Origin: Botryllus schlosseri
Lineage: Eukaryota
Direction: 5' to 3'
Assembly (NCBI GenBank): GCA_051294905.1
Contig: CM119386.1
Location: 1,612,001-1,676,000 of the forward strand
DNA length: 64,000 nt
The translations under genes were made by a program, and so were the position numbers. Of this stretch, positions 12,661 through 22,800 are shown one piece after another. Every line of letters begins with the position of its first letter. Within the stretch, counting starts at the first letter, position 1. The notes under the pieces were generated by a model that did no database searches, was not told the DNA's origin, and saw only the letters and a program-made list of their open reading frames with translations.

Positions 12661-13212
12661 ACAGTCCTTGTCAAGTGGCATATGCAAATCATGCTCGCAT
12701 GCAGATTTGCAGAAATAGATATTTTAGTTGTTTGATTGGATTAAGTAGAGCGAAATATCGGTAATCTGATTCTGATCCAATTTGCGAAATGTTTCTGTGT
12801 CGACATTTTAATTCTAATCTAATTTCTGGTTACCCTGTAAATACTACATGAGAACAGTAAAGCGCGAAACAAGCCAAGATTGCTGTTAAGATATTTGCCA
12901 TACCCGTGCTCATAGCAATGAAACTTGATAAAAGCAGAACTTCATTCGATATCACAGTGTTCGCGAATTCTGTGATTCTAATTGTTATCTAGTTTGGAAG
13001 AATTTGTATAGGTGTAATTCTAATTCTGGTCAAATTAAAAAAATGTTTAGTCATAATTCTAATTCTAAATTAACTGTAATCCTAATTTTAATCCAATTCA
13101 GAAAAAATGTGTAATTATCATTTTAATTGCAGTCTGATTGGAAGAATAAAATTGTGTAGCTGTAATTCCAATTCGAATCCAAAGCTAGAAATTTTCTAGT
13201 TGTCCAAGACTG
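12661..13212. mobile_element. Abundant MITE family with CAGACTTGGACAACTAG-type termini and an internal AATTAGA minisatellite; copies at about 26580-26880, 27792-28060, 30850-31150, 32570-32930, 35390-35742, 37860-38030, 47960-48380, 49300-49748, 51880-52319, 53640-53955, 58310-58965
   Basis: Shared internal sequence (GCGAAAC..GCAAGCC..TGCT..CTCAT) and ends CTAG(T/C)TGTCCAAGTCTG in many copies, both orientations. Confidence 0.75.
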
Positions 13213-13479
13213 CACTTATGGTATGCGTATGGGTATTATACGTTGCTAGGCTATATATATAAGTTCAGTTTATTTCAAATTCTATCAGGTCAATACACCA
13301 CAAGATTGTGAAACAAAAACAAATATGAAGGTGCCGGGTCGGTGTATATGCCGCAAGGACAAAAGTACAAGTCCTATTCCTAGTCCTAAAATGGCCTGTC
13401 ATTTTTTGCTGCAAGTTTCACCAGCACTCTATGAAAACTAATCAAAGTACTAGAAACTCATGGCTCCCTCGCTTGTCTG

Positions 13480-13740
13480 CTTTCTACCTACGAAAGATCG
13501 CGCTGCGGCCCAAGACAGATATGACTGCTGTGCCACGAGTATTGCAGCGCGTTGCAATGATACTGTTTTGGTTTTCGCTGATGCCAAGCATGAGCTGCAG
13601 TCTTGCCTGTCGTTTGCTGGGTTACGTATTAACTGTCCAAGTCGCGTAGACCAGAATTGTTTGCGATACAAGCCGCGATTCATCAGAGGACCATCACGAA
13701 GCAAATAAATGAAGCACATGCTGCTCGTTAATTTGCTCAA
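13480..13740 (-). pseudogene. Possible highly degraded hAT transposase fragment
   Basis: With stops and a frameshift: QHVLHLFAS (compare CxxHxLxL) about 56 codons before NTR(W)HSS (compare TRWNS); by-eye similarity only. Confidence 0.3.
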
Positions 13741-15017
13741 CACGGCTGACGTTGGGGTTACTTCAAGTCGAACTATACAGTGATGCCAGCGCAGTGTGAT
13801 GGCGAATAAAGTGTCTAGTAAATGCTAGACCGAATGATTGGTCGCTAAAGGGTCACCGATACCTAAGAAGTGCCATGCCATTTTTCATAATAATAATAAT
13901 AATATTAAACCAAAGTGAAATGAATGATGTTAGTTCCAATAAAAACTACAAAATTGACGCGGTACAAGACAGTACAGAGTAGGCTACATCAGTACATGGA
14001 CGCTACCAAGGTATATAAGTGGGATTGCGTTTGAAACAAAAATCATTTTCAAACAAACCTATTTCAAATATGTTTTTGCCATGATTTCCTACGGAGAAAA
14101 ATAGCATCTGAAATCACGATACTGCGGTTTGCGTAAGTGTACTACATGGGATGACAAATGAACACGTATTGAGAATACAGTCGACAACAGTGTAGCTGCA
14201 GACCAAGTTCGCATAGATCTGAGGACTCGAGAAATTAAGCAACAAAATATTATGACGCATAAATAAATATATACGAGGTGTAATTACAAGAAACTTGAAT
14301 CATCTTTGTGGAAGGTCAATAAAATACGCCCGCAATGCAATGATAGTGGTATTTTCTTTGTTGACCCTCTCGCGTCGCATCGTTGCACTGTTGAGAGTTC
14401 TCATACTTTCAAGACAGGCTAACAAGAAATCACCGCCAAGCGGTGTCTCTGGTCAACAGATAAAGAAGAACAATTCTGATTAAGATTACGATGGATATGA
14501 ATTAGCATTCCGTTGTAACATTGACTCTGCTGCTGTGGTTTTTACCTATGCTGACTTGGCGGACCCGTACGCTAATCTGCAAGTCTTCGGCGAACCTCAA
14601 CTTTTCGTGTAGCTTGGCAATGTCACAGTCCTGAAGATTCTTAGGTTCTGAGGACCGGGGCTACTGGCTTACCTACTTTGGCAGTCTAGTTTTCATTGAT
14701 TCTATAATGATGAAACTGTGATATTAAGAATCTGGGTTTATCAACTTGCGTAACCATAAAACTCATAAGTATGCTGAAGTGACTTGTGCACTTCTATAAC
14801 GGATTAGCGGTACGCGTAGGCTACAAGCGTTTAAAATTGATTTAGACATATCTCGGGTCGATCATGTCTGATTAGAATCGTCCAAATCGTCATTCGTGCT
14901 CCCCGTAAATGGTAGTATTGTTTCGTCGTATAGGAATTCCGCAACGCGATTCATGCGTTAACTACTTCTACTTAAACATTTTTGCAGCGCCCGCCTTGGC
15001 GGTGCGTATATCTTGTT

Positions 15018-15066
15018 CTCTGGCTTCTCTTCATCATTCGAACAAAACTTTCGCCTTTTACTAAAG
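15018..15066 (+). ncRNA. U5: 5' fragment of U5 snRNA (about nt 4-50, including loop I GCCUUUUAC), carried inside the retrotransposon; not a complete gene
   Basis: CTCTGGCTTCTCTTCA-TCATTCGAACAAAA-CTTTCGCCTTTTACTAAAG compared with canonical metazoan U5 (ATA)CTCTGGTTTCTCTTCA-GATCGCATAAAT-CTTTCGCCTTTTACTAAAG. The 19-nt loop I block is identical. The 3' half and Sm site are absent. Confidence 0.88.
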
Positions 15067-15150
15067 GAATTTTAGGCTGTTAGAAGGTAGTAGTAGAAGG
15101 GGTGATAACCTCAGCGCTCTGTAGCGCTGTGGTATTGAGGTTGAAGTGAG

Positions 15151-16431
15151 ATGACGGAGGATGACGTGGCAAAGGGTGCGGCCCTGCAAACATATGCGAC
15201 GGTTACAACAGGACTCGATATTGTTGACAGAACGTGTGATCTTGGTTTGAAGTTCCGCAAGCTCCCAGAAGAAAGGGAATTATTGGAGGTTCTGAAAACA
15301 ATTGGTGTCTCCATAAGGGTACTTGACGGAATTGTACAATTTCCGACAGGACAAATAGATCTGACCTTCGATGAAAGACGAAACGCCGTAGAGGCGAACC
15401 GAAGAATCAATGAGCTAAAAGCCGAAGGAATCTCCTTGCCAGCTCACCGACTCTATGTCCGTGATAAGATGCCAGTCTACTTGAATTGGGTACCGATTCG
15501 AATGACAGACGAGTGCATAAGGAAATACTTTGAAGAACATCATGGCCAGATCAGTGAGATAACGCACCAGAAAAACAAACTAGGAATCAAGAATGGAATC
15601 AGAAGAATCCTACTGAATAGGGAAGCCCTAGAACAAAACCCGATCAAGAGCTACATTACGATCTGCTCGACAAGAATATATGTGAGATACTACGGGCAGA
15701 CACAGACGTGTGGATATTGCAATGAGCCTGGACATCTGTACAGACAATGTCCAGCAAGAAACCCCCAAATAGAGGTTATGGTAAAAACCAAGAATGATGA
15801 AGACGTGGAACAACAAAGTTCTCACGAAAGTGACGAGATAGGGAAGGATTCCCACGAACCTCCAGCACAAGAAACCTGCACCACACCCTCGCAGGAAGAA
15901 AATCGCCAGACCGAGACCAATCAAGCTGACAATCAAGACCGCGTCAAACAGCCAAGCACTACCTTAAAAGGTAATGAGCAGAACACGGAACGGGCGTCGC
16001 TCAACATGTCGAAACCAGATCCGAACACCAAGAACGCAAATAAAAGGAGTCGAGAAAGCGCCGAATCCGACGAAATTATATTACCCTCCAGAAAGGCCGT
16101 GAGCCTGTCGATTGCTCAACCAATGACATCGAGCTGCTGCTTAAGCTGCAAGAAGCCAATAACCTTGCCTGACGATCGAAACATCTACGATTGCCTGTAC
16201 TGCGGCATGGAACACGTAGTGATACGCTCCTGTTGCGATAAAGAAATTAAATTTGTGATAACTGCAAAACAATTTTACGAGAGCAATAAGATCAAATGCC
16301 CGATGTGCAGCAGAGAAGGGATCATTGCGAAATGCTGCTACAACCTTTTAAAGAAAACGGAAATGAAAGGAAAAGGCGACTGTCCGGGTTGCAGCACGCA
16401 AGAAAGCAGAAGTCGAGATTTCTTTTCCTAA
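15151..16431 (+). CDS. Retrotransposon ORF1 (426 aa): RRM-like region, CCHC zinc knuckle, low-complexity linker, Cys-rich C-terminal domain
   Basis: CGYCNEPGHLYRQC knuckle (C-x2-C-x4-H-x4-C); architecture typical of Tx1/L1-type ORF1; no stops or frameshifts. Confidence 0.92.
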   Translation: MTEDDVAKGAALQTYATVTTGLDIVDRTCDLGLKFRKLPEERELLEVLKTIGVSIRVLDGIVQFPTGQIDLTFDERRNAVEANRRINELKAEGISLPAHRLYVRDKMPVYLNWVPIRMTDECIRKYFEEHHGQISEITHQKNKLGIKNGIRRILLNREALEQNPIKSYITICSTRIYVRYYGQTQTCGYCNEPGHLYRQCPARNPQIEVMVKTKNDEDVEQQSSHESDEIGKDSHEPPAQETCTTPSQEENRQTETNQADNQDRVKQPSTTLKGNEQNTERASLNMSKPDPNTKNANKRSRESAESDEIILPSRKAVSLSIAQPMTSSCCLSCKKPITLPDDRNIYDCLYCGMEHVVIRSCCDKEIKFVITAKQFYESNKIKCPMCSREGIIAKCCYNLLKKTEMKGKGDCPGCSTQESRSRDFFS

Positions 16432-16439
16432 CAAGAACA

Positions 16440-19400
16440 ATGGATCGACTGACAGTGATAACGCTTAACGTAAACGGCCTAAATAACAGCACGAAGAGAT
16501 CCCTGATATTTGATTATCTCAAGAAATCAAATGCAGATGTATGTTTTATGCAAGAAACCCACACCACCCTAGAAACAGAATTGATTTGGGAAAAAGAGTG
16601 GAGTGGCAGATCCTTTTGGAACTCGTACGATGAAAATTCTGCAGGCACTGCAATACTGCTGAGCCCGAGAAGGCCTGATATAAGAATAGTTGGAACACAT
16701 AAAGACCCAGAAGGCAGAATAATCAACATTGATACAATAATAGGAAACGTCAAGTTACAACTGACGAACATATATGCGCATACTGATAGCGCAAAGAAAA
16801 GACCACAATTCTATAGGATGGCCAGAAGCACGTTCAAATCATCAAATAAGATCATAGCCGGAGACTTCAACTCTGTTGAAGAACCAGAGATTGACAGGAT
16901 CAACACGGTTCCGTTGAAAGACAAAAAAGATACGGAGGCCTTAAAAGAAAGCCTGAAAATAACGGGAGTGAAGGATGCCTTCAGAAGTCTGTACCGAACC
17001 AAAAAAGAATTTACATACAAGTACAGTGGTGGGCAATCACGACTCGACCGAATATACGTGTCCGAATCCATCACCTTGAAATCGTGCGAGCATAGATCAT
17101 GCCCATACTCCGACCACGATGCAGTCCTCCTGAAAACAGTAATACAAGAACGCGAAATCGGAGAAAAGATTTGGAAAAACAACACCATGATATATCAAGA
17201 AGACCGCTTCCAAAATGAGCTGGCATCAAGATGGGAGAAATGGCAAACCTTACACCCTATTTTATGTCAAACGAAAGTAGAGTGGTGGATAGCGATAAAA
17301 GACAAAATCAAAACAATTGCGATAAAACAAGCGAATCGATTGAGAAAAGAGAAAGGCATAAAGCTTGAAACCGAGCTGGAGAATCTGAATAAAATAAGGA
17401 AAGAGATTGACCAAGGAAAACCTCTTCTGGATGAATACCGCCGCGCAAAAAAGAAAATTTGGAATCTGGAAGCTGAAAGCCTTCAAAAGCTTCAACTCCA
17501 AGCCAAAATTGAAAGCGAAAACTGCCTTGACAAAATACCGTCATTACTATTTGAGAAAATAAGGGAAAGAAGAGAGCCCGCATACATAAACGAGCTTGCG
17601 GACACAGACGGCAAGAAGACGACTGATCATGCCAAGAAACGAGTGATAGCAGCCAAGTTCTACCGAGATCTGTTCAAAAACAGACCGATCGATAAGAAAT
17701 GCTCCGAGGACTTTCTCGCCCATGTCAATTCAACTCTATCCGACGAACAGGTCAGTGAACTAGACTCTGAAATTACCTTAGCAGAGGTCCAAATGGCGGT
17801 TTTCAGTCAACATAAGTGCCGTACGCCCGGACCAGACGGGCTTAGTGCGGAATTTTACCAATGGAATTGGGACACAATCAAATATGATTTGGTAGAAATT
17901 TTCAACGAACTGTATGGGGGAAATGAGATCAATCAGAAAATCCTTGAAGGCGTTGTAAAAGTAATCCATAAAACGGGAGACAAATCCAATCTAAAAAATT
18001 ATCGGCCAATCACGTTGCTGAACGTGGATTATAAGATCCTGAGTAAGATAATAACTGTTCGAATCCAGAAATTTCTTCCAAAAATTTCTCATGAACATCA
18101 ATACGTCAATCGGCCCAACAAAATAGAGGATTTGAACCTTCTACTCAGAGAAATTTCCGAAAACATGAAAGAACGAAAGAAAGGGACAATTGTATCTGTT
18201 GACTTCAAGAAAGCCTACGATTCAATTTCGCACGAATTCATGCTGAGTGTTTTAAAGAAAATAGGTTTTGGAACCAAAGCCCTAACGTACATTGGAAATG
18301 TGTACAAAAATAGCACAGCACGAATATCCATCAATGGTCGAATCGGCGACACGATCGAAATAGGAAGAGGAATAAAACAAGGTGATCCTATTTCAATGAT
18401 TTTATTTACCCTGACCACGGAACCTCTTCTCCAGGTACTGAATAAGAAAACCGCTGGATATAAATTGTCAGGGATGAGGAAAGAAATCCTAACACCAGCT
18501 TACGCCGATGACATCACCTTGACGACTTCGCGCAGAGCAGACGCTGAATACTGCATCGGAATCATTAAGAAATTCACGCGAGCAAGTAACCTGGAGATGA
18601 ACGAGGAAAAAACGAAAGGAATACAATTTGGACCAGATAACAGCACACCAGGGTCTAGCTTAAGGTGGGTTGACAACATAAAAATAATGGGGATTTCGAT
18701 ATCCAAAGGCAACAACAAAAAACAGTGGAGATCACTTTACGATGATGCCGCGGAAATATGCCGAAAAACCAAAGACCTGAAGATGAGGATCGACGAAAAG
18801 GTAATTGTGATTCGAACAAAAATACTCCCGAAATTTGTCTACCTAGGTACTATTGAACCGATGCCGCTCGAGATAAGAAGCAAGCTCAAAAAACTAATCA
18901 TGAAGACGCTTTTCGACAACTACGCCAGAGTTGAATATGAAACGATCGTCAAAGACAAGATCGCAGGCGGACTTGACCTCTTAGACATCCCAACGAAGCT
19001 CGACCTACAGTTCATAAAACCGGCGATCAAGTTCTTAAAAACATCAGAGAGTGACAACAACGACTGGACAAAAAGGGTAGAACAACAAATTGCAATAACC
19101 TTTTCAAAGTTCTTAAATTACAGATTAAATAACGCGAGACCGCACGCCTTCGATCCGCTTCAACATTGGAAATCTATGCTGCAAGTTATAGAAAACTACC
19201 AGATAACGAAAGAAGAGATACAAAAAGAAAGCCTAAGAGCAATTTACAAGAAGGTAATTGCTCGAAAAAGAAGCCGAGATCCAGCACCCGTTTGGGTGAA
19301 CTGGAAGAATGTAAACAGCAACACGCTTAGACCCGCTGAACGAAACTTTAATTGGGAAGTTGGGCACAACACCCTATATACAAAAGACAGAATGTACGAA

Positions 19401-19817
19401 AGACTTGGCACGCACAGTTCGGAATGTGAATTCTGTAACACCGGCATTGAAAACATCAGACACCTCTTTGTCAGATGTCAAGTCACCAAATCAATTATAA
19501 CCCGACTACTGCAAGCCTGGGATAAAGCGGCAAACGAATCTTCAACGCAGCCTTCAGAAAATATGATCGTAGGGCTGAATCTGCCTGACAGCCCCAAAGA
19601 AGATGCACTGCTTCAAGTAATAACAATTTTCAAGCAAGCAGTATGGAGAATGCGAAACAGACGCGTGTACGAAGGAGTGCAGCCGAGTGTCCTCTGGCTG
19701 GTAAAGTCCATCACCTTACGAATACAAAACAAAATCAACCAACAGAAAGATATACTTGGACCGATCACCACTGCAGCACTGACGCAAATAAGACGAAATT
19801 TTCTAGAATTAACCTAA
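16440..19817 (+). CDS. Retrotransposon ORF2 (1125 aa from ATG 16440): APE endonuclease + reverse transcriptase + C-terminal CCHC zinc finger
   Basis: EN motifs TLNVNGL, QETH, GDFN, SRLDRIY, SDHDAV. RT motifs PGPDG, NYRPITLLNVDYK, DFKKAYD, GIKQGDP, YADD. C-terminal CEFC...HLFVRC. The open frame extends upstream to 16296, but the EN domain starts at the 16440 Met. Confidence 0.97.
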   Translation: MDRLTVITLNVNGLNNSTKRSLIFDYLKKSNADVCFMQETHTTLETELIWEKEWSGRSFWNSYDENSAGTAILLSPRRPDIRIVGTHKDPEGRIINIDTIIGNVKLQLTNIYAHTDSAKKRPQFYRMARSTFKSSNKIIAGDFNSVEEPEIDRINTVPLKDKKDTEALKESLKITGVKDAFRSLYRTKKEFTYKYSGGQSRLDRIYVSESITLKSCEHRSCPYSDHDAVLLKTVIQEREIGEKIWKNNTMIYQEDRFQNELASRWEKWQTLHPILCQTKVEWWIAIKDKIKTIAIKQANRLRKEKGIKLETELENLNKIRKEIDQGKPLLDEYRRAKKKIWNLEAESLQKLQLQAKIESENCLDKIPSLLFEKIRERREPAYINELADTDGKKTTDHAKKRVIAAKFYRDLFKNRPIDKKCSEDFLAHVNSTLSDEQVSELDSEITLAEVQMAVFSQHKCRTPGPDGLSAEFYQWNWDTIKYDLVEIFNELYGGNEINQKILEGVVKVIHKTGDKSNLKNYRPITLLNVDYKILSKIITVRIQKFLPKISHEHQYVNRPNKIEDLNLLLREISENMKERKKGTIVSVDFKKAYDSISHEFMLSVLKKIGFGTKALTYIGNVYKNSTARISINGRIGDTIEIGRGIKQGDPISMILFTLTTEPLLQVLNKKTAGYKLSGMRKEILTPAYADDITLTTSRRADAEYCIGIIKKFTRASNLEMNEEKTKGIQFGPDNSTPGSSLRWVDNIKIMGISISKGNNKKQWRSLYDDAAEICRKTKDLKMRIDEKVIVIRTKILPKFVYLGTIEPMPLEIRSKLKKLIMKTLFDNYARVEYETIVKDKIAGGLDLLDIPTKLDLQFIKPAIKFLKTSESDNNDWTKRVEQQIAITFSKFLNYRLNNARPHAFDPLQHWKSMLQVIENYQITKEEIQKESLRAIYKKVIARKRSRDPAPVWVNWKNVNSNTLRPAERNFNWEVGHNTLYTKDRMYERLGTHSSECEFCNTGIENIRHLFVRCQVTKSIITRLLQAWDKAANESSTQPSENMIVGLNLPDSPKEDALLQVITIFKQAVWRMRNRRVYEGVQPSVLWLVKSITLRIQNKINQQKDILGPITTAALTQIRRNFLELT

Positions 19818-22800
19818 AACGATTATGCTCCGTAATTTTCATTTAATTTAATTTACAGTCAATATTATGATCCAATGCTTCTGTAACACTATGTTTCATG
19901 ATGATTTTAGTTCGCAAAAAGTTTATGAAACGTCTCTTTATTTTCAATTAGCCTATACGAAAGATGCCTTTCCAAAGATTGAAACAACATTGACGAGAAG
20001 ATAATAGGCATGCTTGCATTTAATGAAGACATTCTTTCAAGATTGTGCTGGATGCAATGTCTTGTTACGTTCAATAGTATGATGAAATATGTGTTTGCCT
20101 TATGTAGTTTTCATGATGATGTTAAATCTTACATTGTGTAAGAAACGCCTCTTTTTGATTTCAAATAAACGAAAGATGCCTTGGCGGTGCGTATATCTTG
20201 TTCAATCAATTTTAGCGGCGGGTCCGCCAATAATTTACGTTGCTGGTCTTAGCTCAGGGGCCGGCAGCCTTCATATGCAGTGCGCCAAAATACCAATAAA
20301 CTTTAAAATATTAATGACTGGCGTATCAAACATTTTTAATTTTGTCGTATTTCGCGTTTGAAGCAAGGAATCCCGCCTACCACCTATGTGAAGCTGGCAA
20401 CAGCATCGGTAACGTCAGTGGTTCTTACGGTATTGGCCCCGAAGGGTACACAATTTGCCGCTACCGCCTTAGACCTACCGCCTAATGTGCGTAATATTTG
20501 CATCATTTAAATTTAGTCGTCTGTGGTTGCCTTGATCCAAACGGATTCATACGATATTAGGTTGCAGTATATATATTTTTGTGGGTTTACCAAAATCAAG
20601 AAATTAGGTCATGGTAAATCGCGAGTAGCGCGAAAAAATGTTCATGATAACTAAAATCTGCCCAAAAGACTCTGCTTCGTGTTCATATAAGGGGACTAGC
20701 AAGTCAAAAACCTAACTTGCTGCCCCATCACCATCAAATTTTCACAGTCGCTAGATGTCGATATGCTATATACAAAAAAATCGACGGAGTTGGTGCTACT
20801 CCGCAAATTGTGGATTTGAAGGAGAAAAAATGCAACGACACGGGGAATGCAAAATCTCCAAATTGTGGAGCCTTTTTTTTTATCGAACACCTTCTTTAGG
20901 AAGTACTAGGACAGTGCTGAGCTATGCTAAAATTTGAACGATTTTGTGCTACCCATCTCGGAAAAATTTCATTTCGAAAATTAAAAATTTAAATTTTTGG
21001 TATGAATTTTCCGTAAGTTTGCTGTGACGTTCTCCAACTCTCAGCATGGTAGACCTATGTCAAAAAACTACTAGCATAGCACAGGTCTGAATGTCAGCTT
21101 TCGAAAAAACCTTGAGTGAATCATTTAGGACAAATATTTCATACAAACTTTTGGTTTACCGTGATGCGACAAAACAAACTTTTATAATAGAGAAAAACAA
21201 TAACAAACATTTGCAAAGTAAAAAGCCAATAAACATGTGTGGGTACCGATGTAATCATAAGAATGAGTGCCAGAATGCTTGAACGACTAAGAATATCAAT
21301 CTAACAAATTTCACCAGGAAATTAGAAAGATATATATTTTGTCACAGTCAAAACATATATTTTATAGAATTTTCGGACGAGAAGTGCTATCTTTTTGTTG
21401 GAACTTGGAATAAAAAATACCCCCTGCCCCTGGCATAACGAAATTGAAATTTTGCACTTTCAGTTATAGTTTAGGTGAAATAAGGCCGTGAGGTGACAGC
21501 AGAGATACATTGTTAATATTTCCAACCACAAAATTAATTGAAAATTTTGATTTTTTTGACTTGCCAGTCAAGTAATTTCATCTCCTACCATTTTGAAATC
21601 CTATTTTTTGCAACGAACATGGTTATACCACTTGTCGTGTTCGTCAAATCATTTGGCGTGTCATGAAAGATCATCTCGCATGCCATAAATGACACGGGTA
21701 CCGTGGGTTGTCGACCCCTGTCGTAGGTATTTCCATGCGGTATACCGGCGGCATTTCCATTGACAATTTTCCACCTCTCGAATGTTTTCATCCTGGCTTG
21801 GTCTTGCTTAGCTTCATTATATTAACGTTCTATCCGTATGAAAAAAGCGTTTATACTTTGTCGACTGGATCGTTTCAATTCATTACTTCACTTTACGATC
21901 TCGCCTTCCGTCACTTGCCACTTTATAATAACTTCCTTTACTTTCATTCAGTGTGCATGCCTCCTCTTTACATCGCCTAGGCCCAGGTTACTGTCTGATA
22001 TTAAGACTGCTCCTAGTCGTTTCGGCATCTTCCTTTCATTCATTGCATTGCAGTCTTGTGATGTTTTGAAGTGATGAGATTCTATGAATAAACCTGAACT
22101 TGAAAGGCCTTACTGGGCATTGGGGTTGTTCAAAAATACCTATTTTTCGCGTTTTTGTGGCATATTGATCAAATTGTTCGGTCGGCTAAAAAAGCGTTCG
22201 GGATTTCAAGTGTGTGGAACAGTATCTCGCCGGCTATCCAAAAGGTGTCGAGGATGTCCATTGTCCATGTGTGATCCGACTAGTAGACTTTCGCGGTCGT
22301 ATCGATCATTCCTACCTGATACCAAATACCGTGCATGCATATTTTCTCTACCACCATCATTGCTGTCTATTTGTTACGTATTTTGATTGGATGAAAATAA
22401 AGTCCAGTCAACATTCAAGTCGAAATACAAGTAATTTCTACTGAATGAATACTAGCTAGGTCTCAATTTTACCGGACTACGACATGACATATCGATCCAG
22501 CCGCCGGTTCAAGTCCCGCCCTCGGAGGTTATTCTGGGCGTCGCTGTTCTTACTGCGGCAAAAAGTCCAGTAAACAAGACACTATGAAGAATGGAAGAAA
22601 CGAGCAATAAGAAGTAGCGACGAAGAAAGATTAACAACCATGAAGACTGTGAAATCGGGCACGAGGCCGAGGTGAATGCCAGATTAAGAGACTGCAACTG
22701 GTCTTTTCTGCATCCTCCTATAAGTTCATTACATCGCATTGTGTGTCTTGCATATCGCATTGTACATTGTGTGTATTCTTGGGCAGACGGAAATATAATC

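Larger units (their letters stand above)
15019..20177 (+). mobile_element. Full-length, apparently intact Tx1/L1-group non-LTR retrotransposon with a U5 snRNA-derived 5' head
   Basis: Two intact ORFs (gag-like; APE-RT-CCHC). Flanked by the perfect 26-bp direct repeat GCCTTGGCGGTGCGTATATCTTGTTC at 14993-15018 and 20178-20203. The 3' UTR has AATAAA (20164) but no poly(A). Confidence 0.95.

Noticed and set aside
15628-19456. Many 60-125-aa antisense ORFs within the retrotransposon
   Set aside because: These are expected shadows of a long A-rich sense ORF and have no motifs.
20204-20260. Sequence downstream of the retrotransposon as the 3' half of a U5 gene
   Set aside because: No TTCCGTGGAGAG stem or Sm site, so this copy is not inside a U5 gene.
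22506-22517. GGTTCAAGTCCC, a tRNA B-box/T-loop-like motif followed by an RCSYCGK-encoding stretch
   Set aside because: No A box, cloverleaf or complete zinc knuckle.
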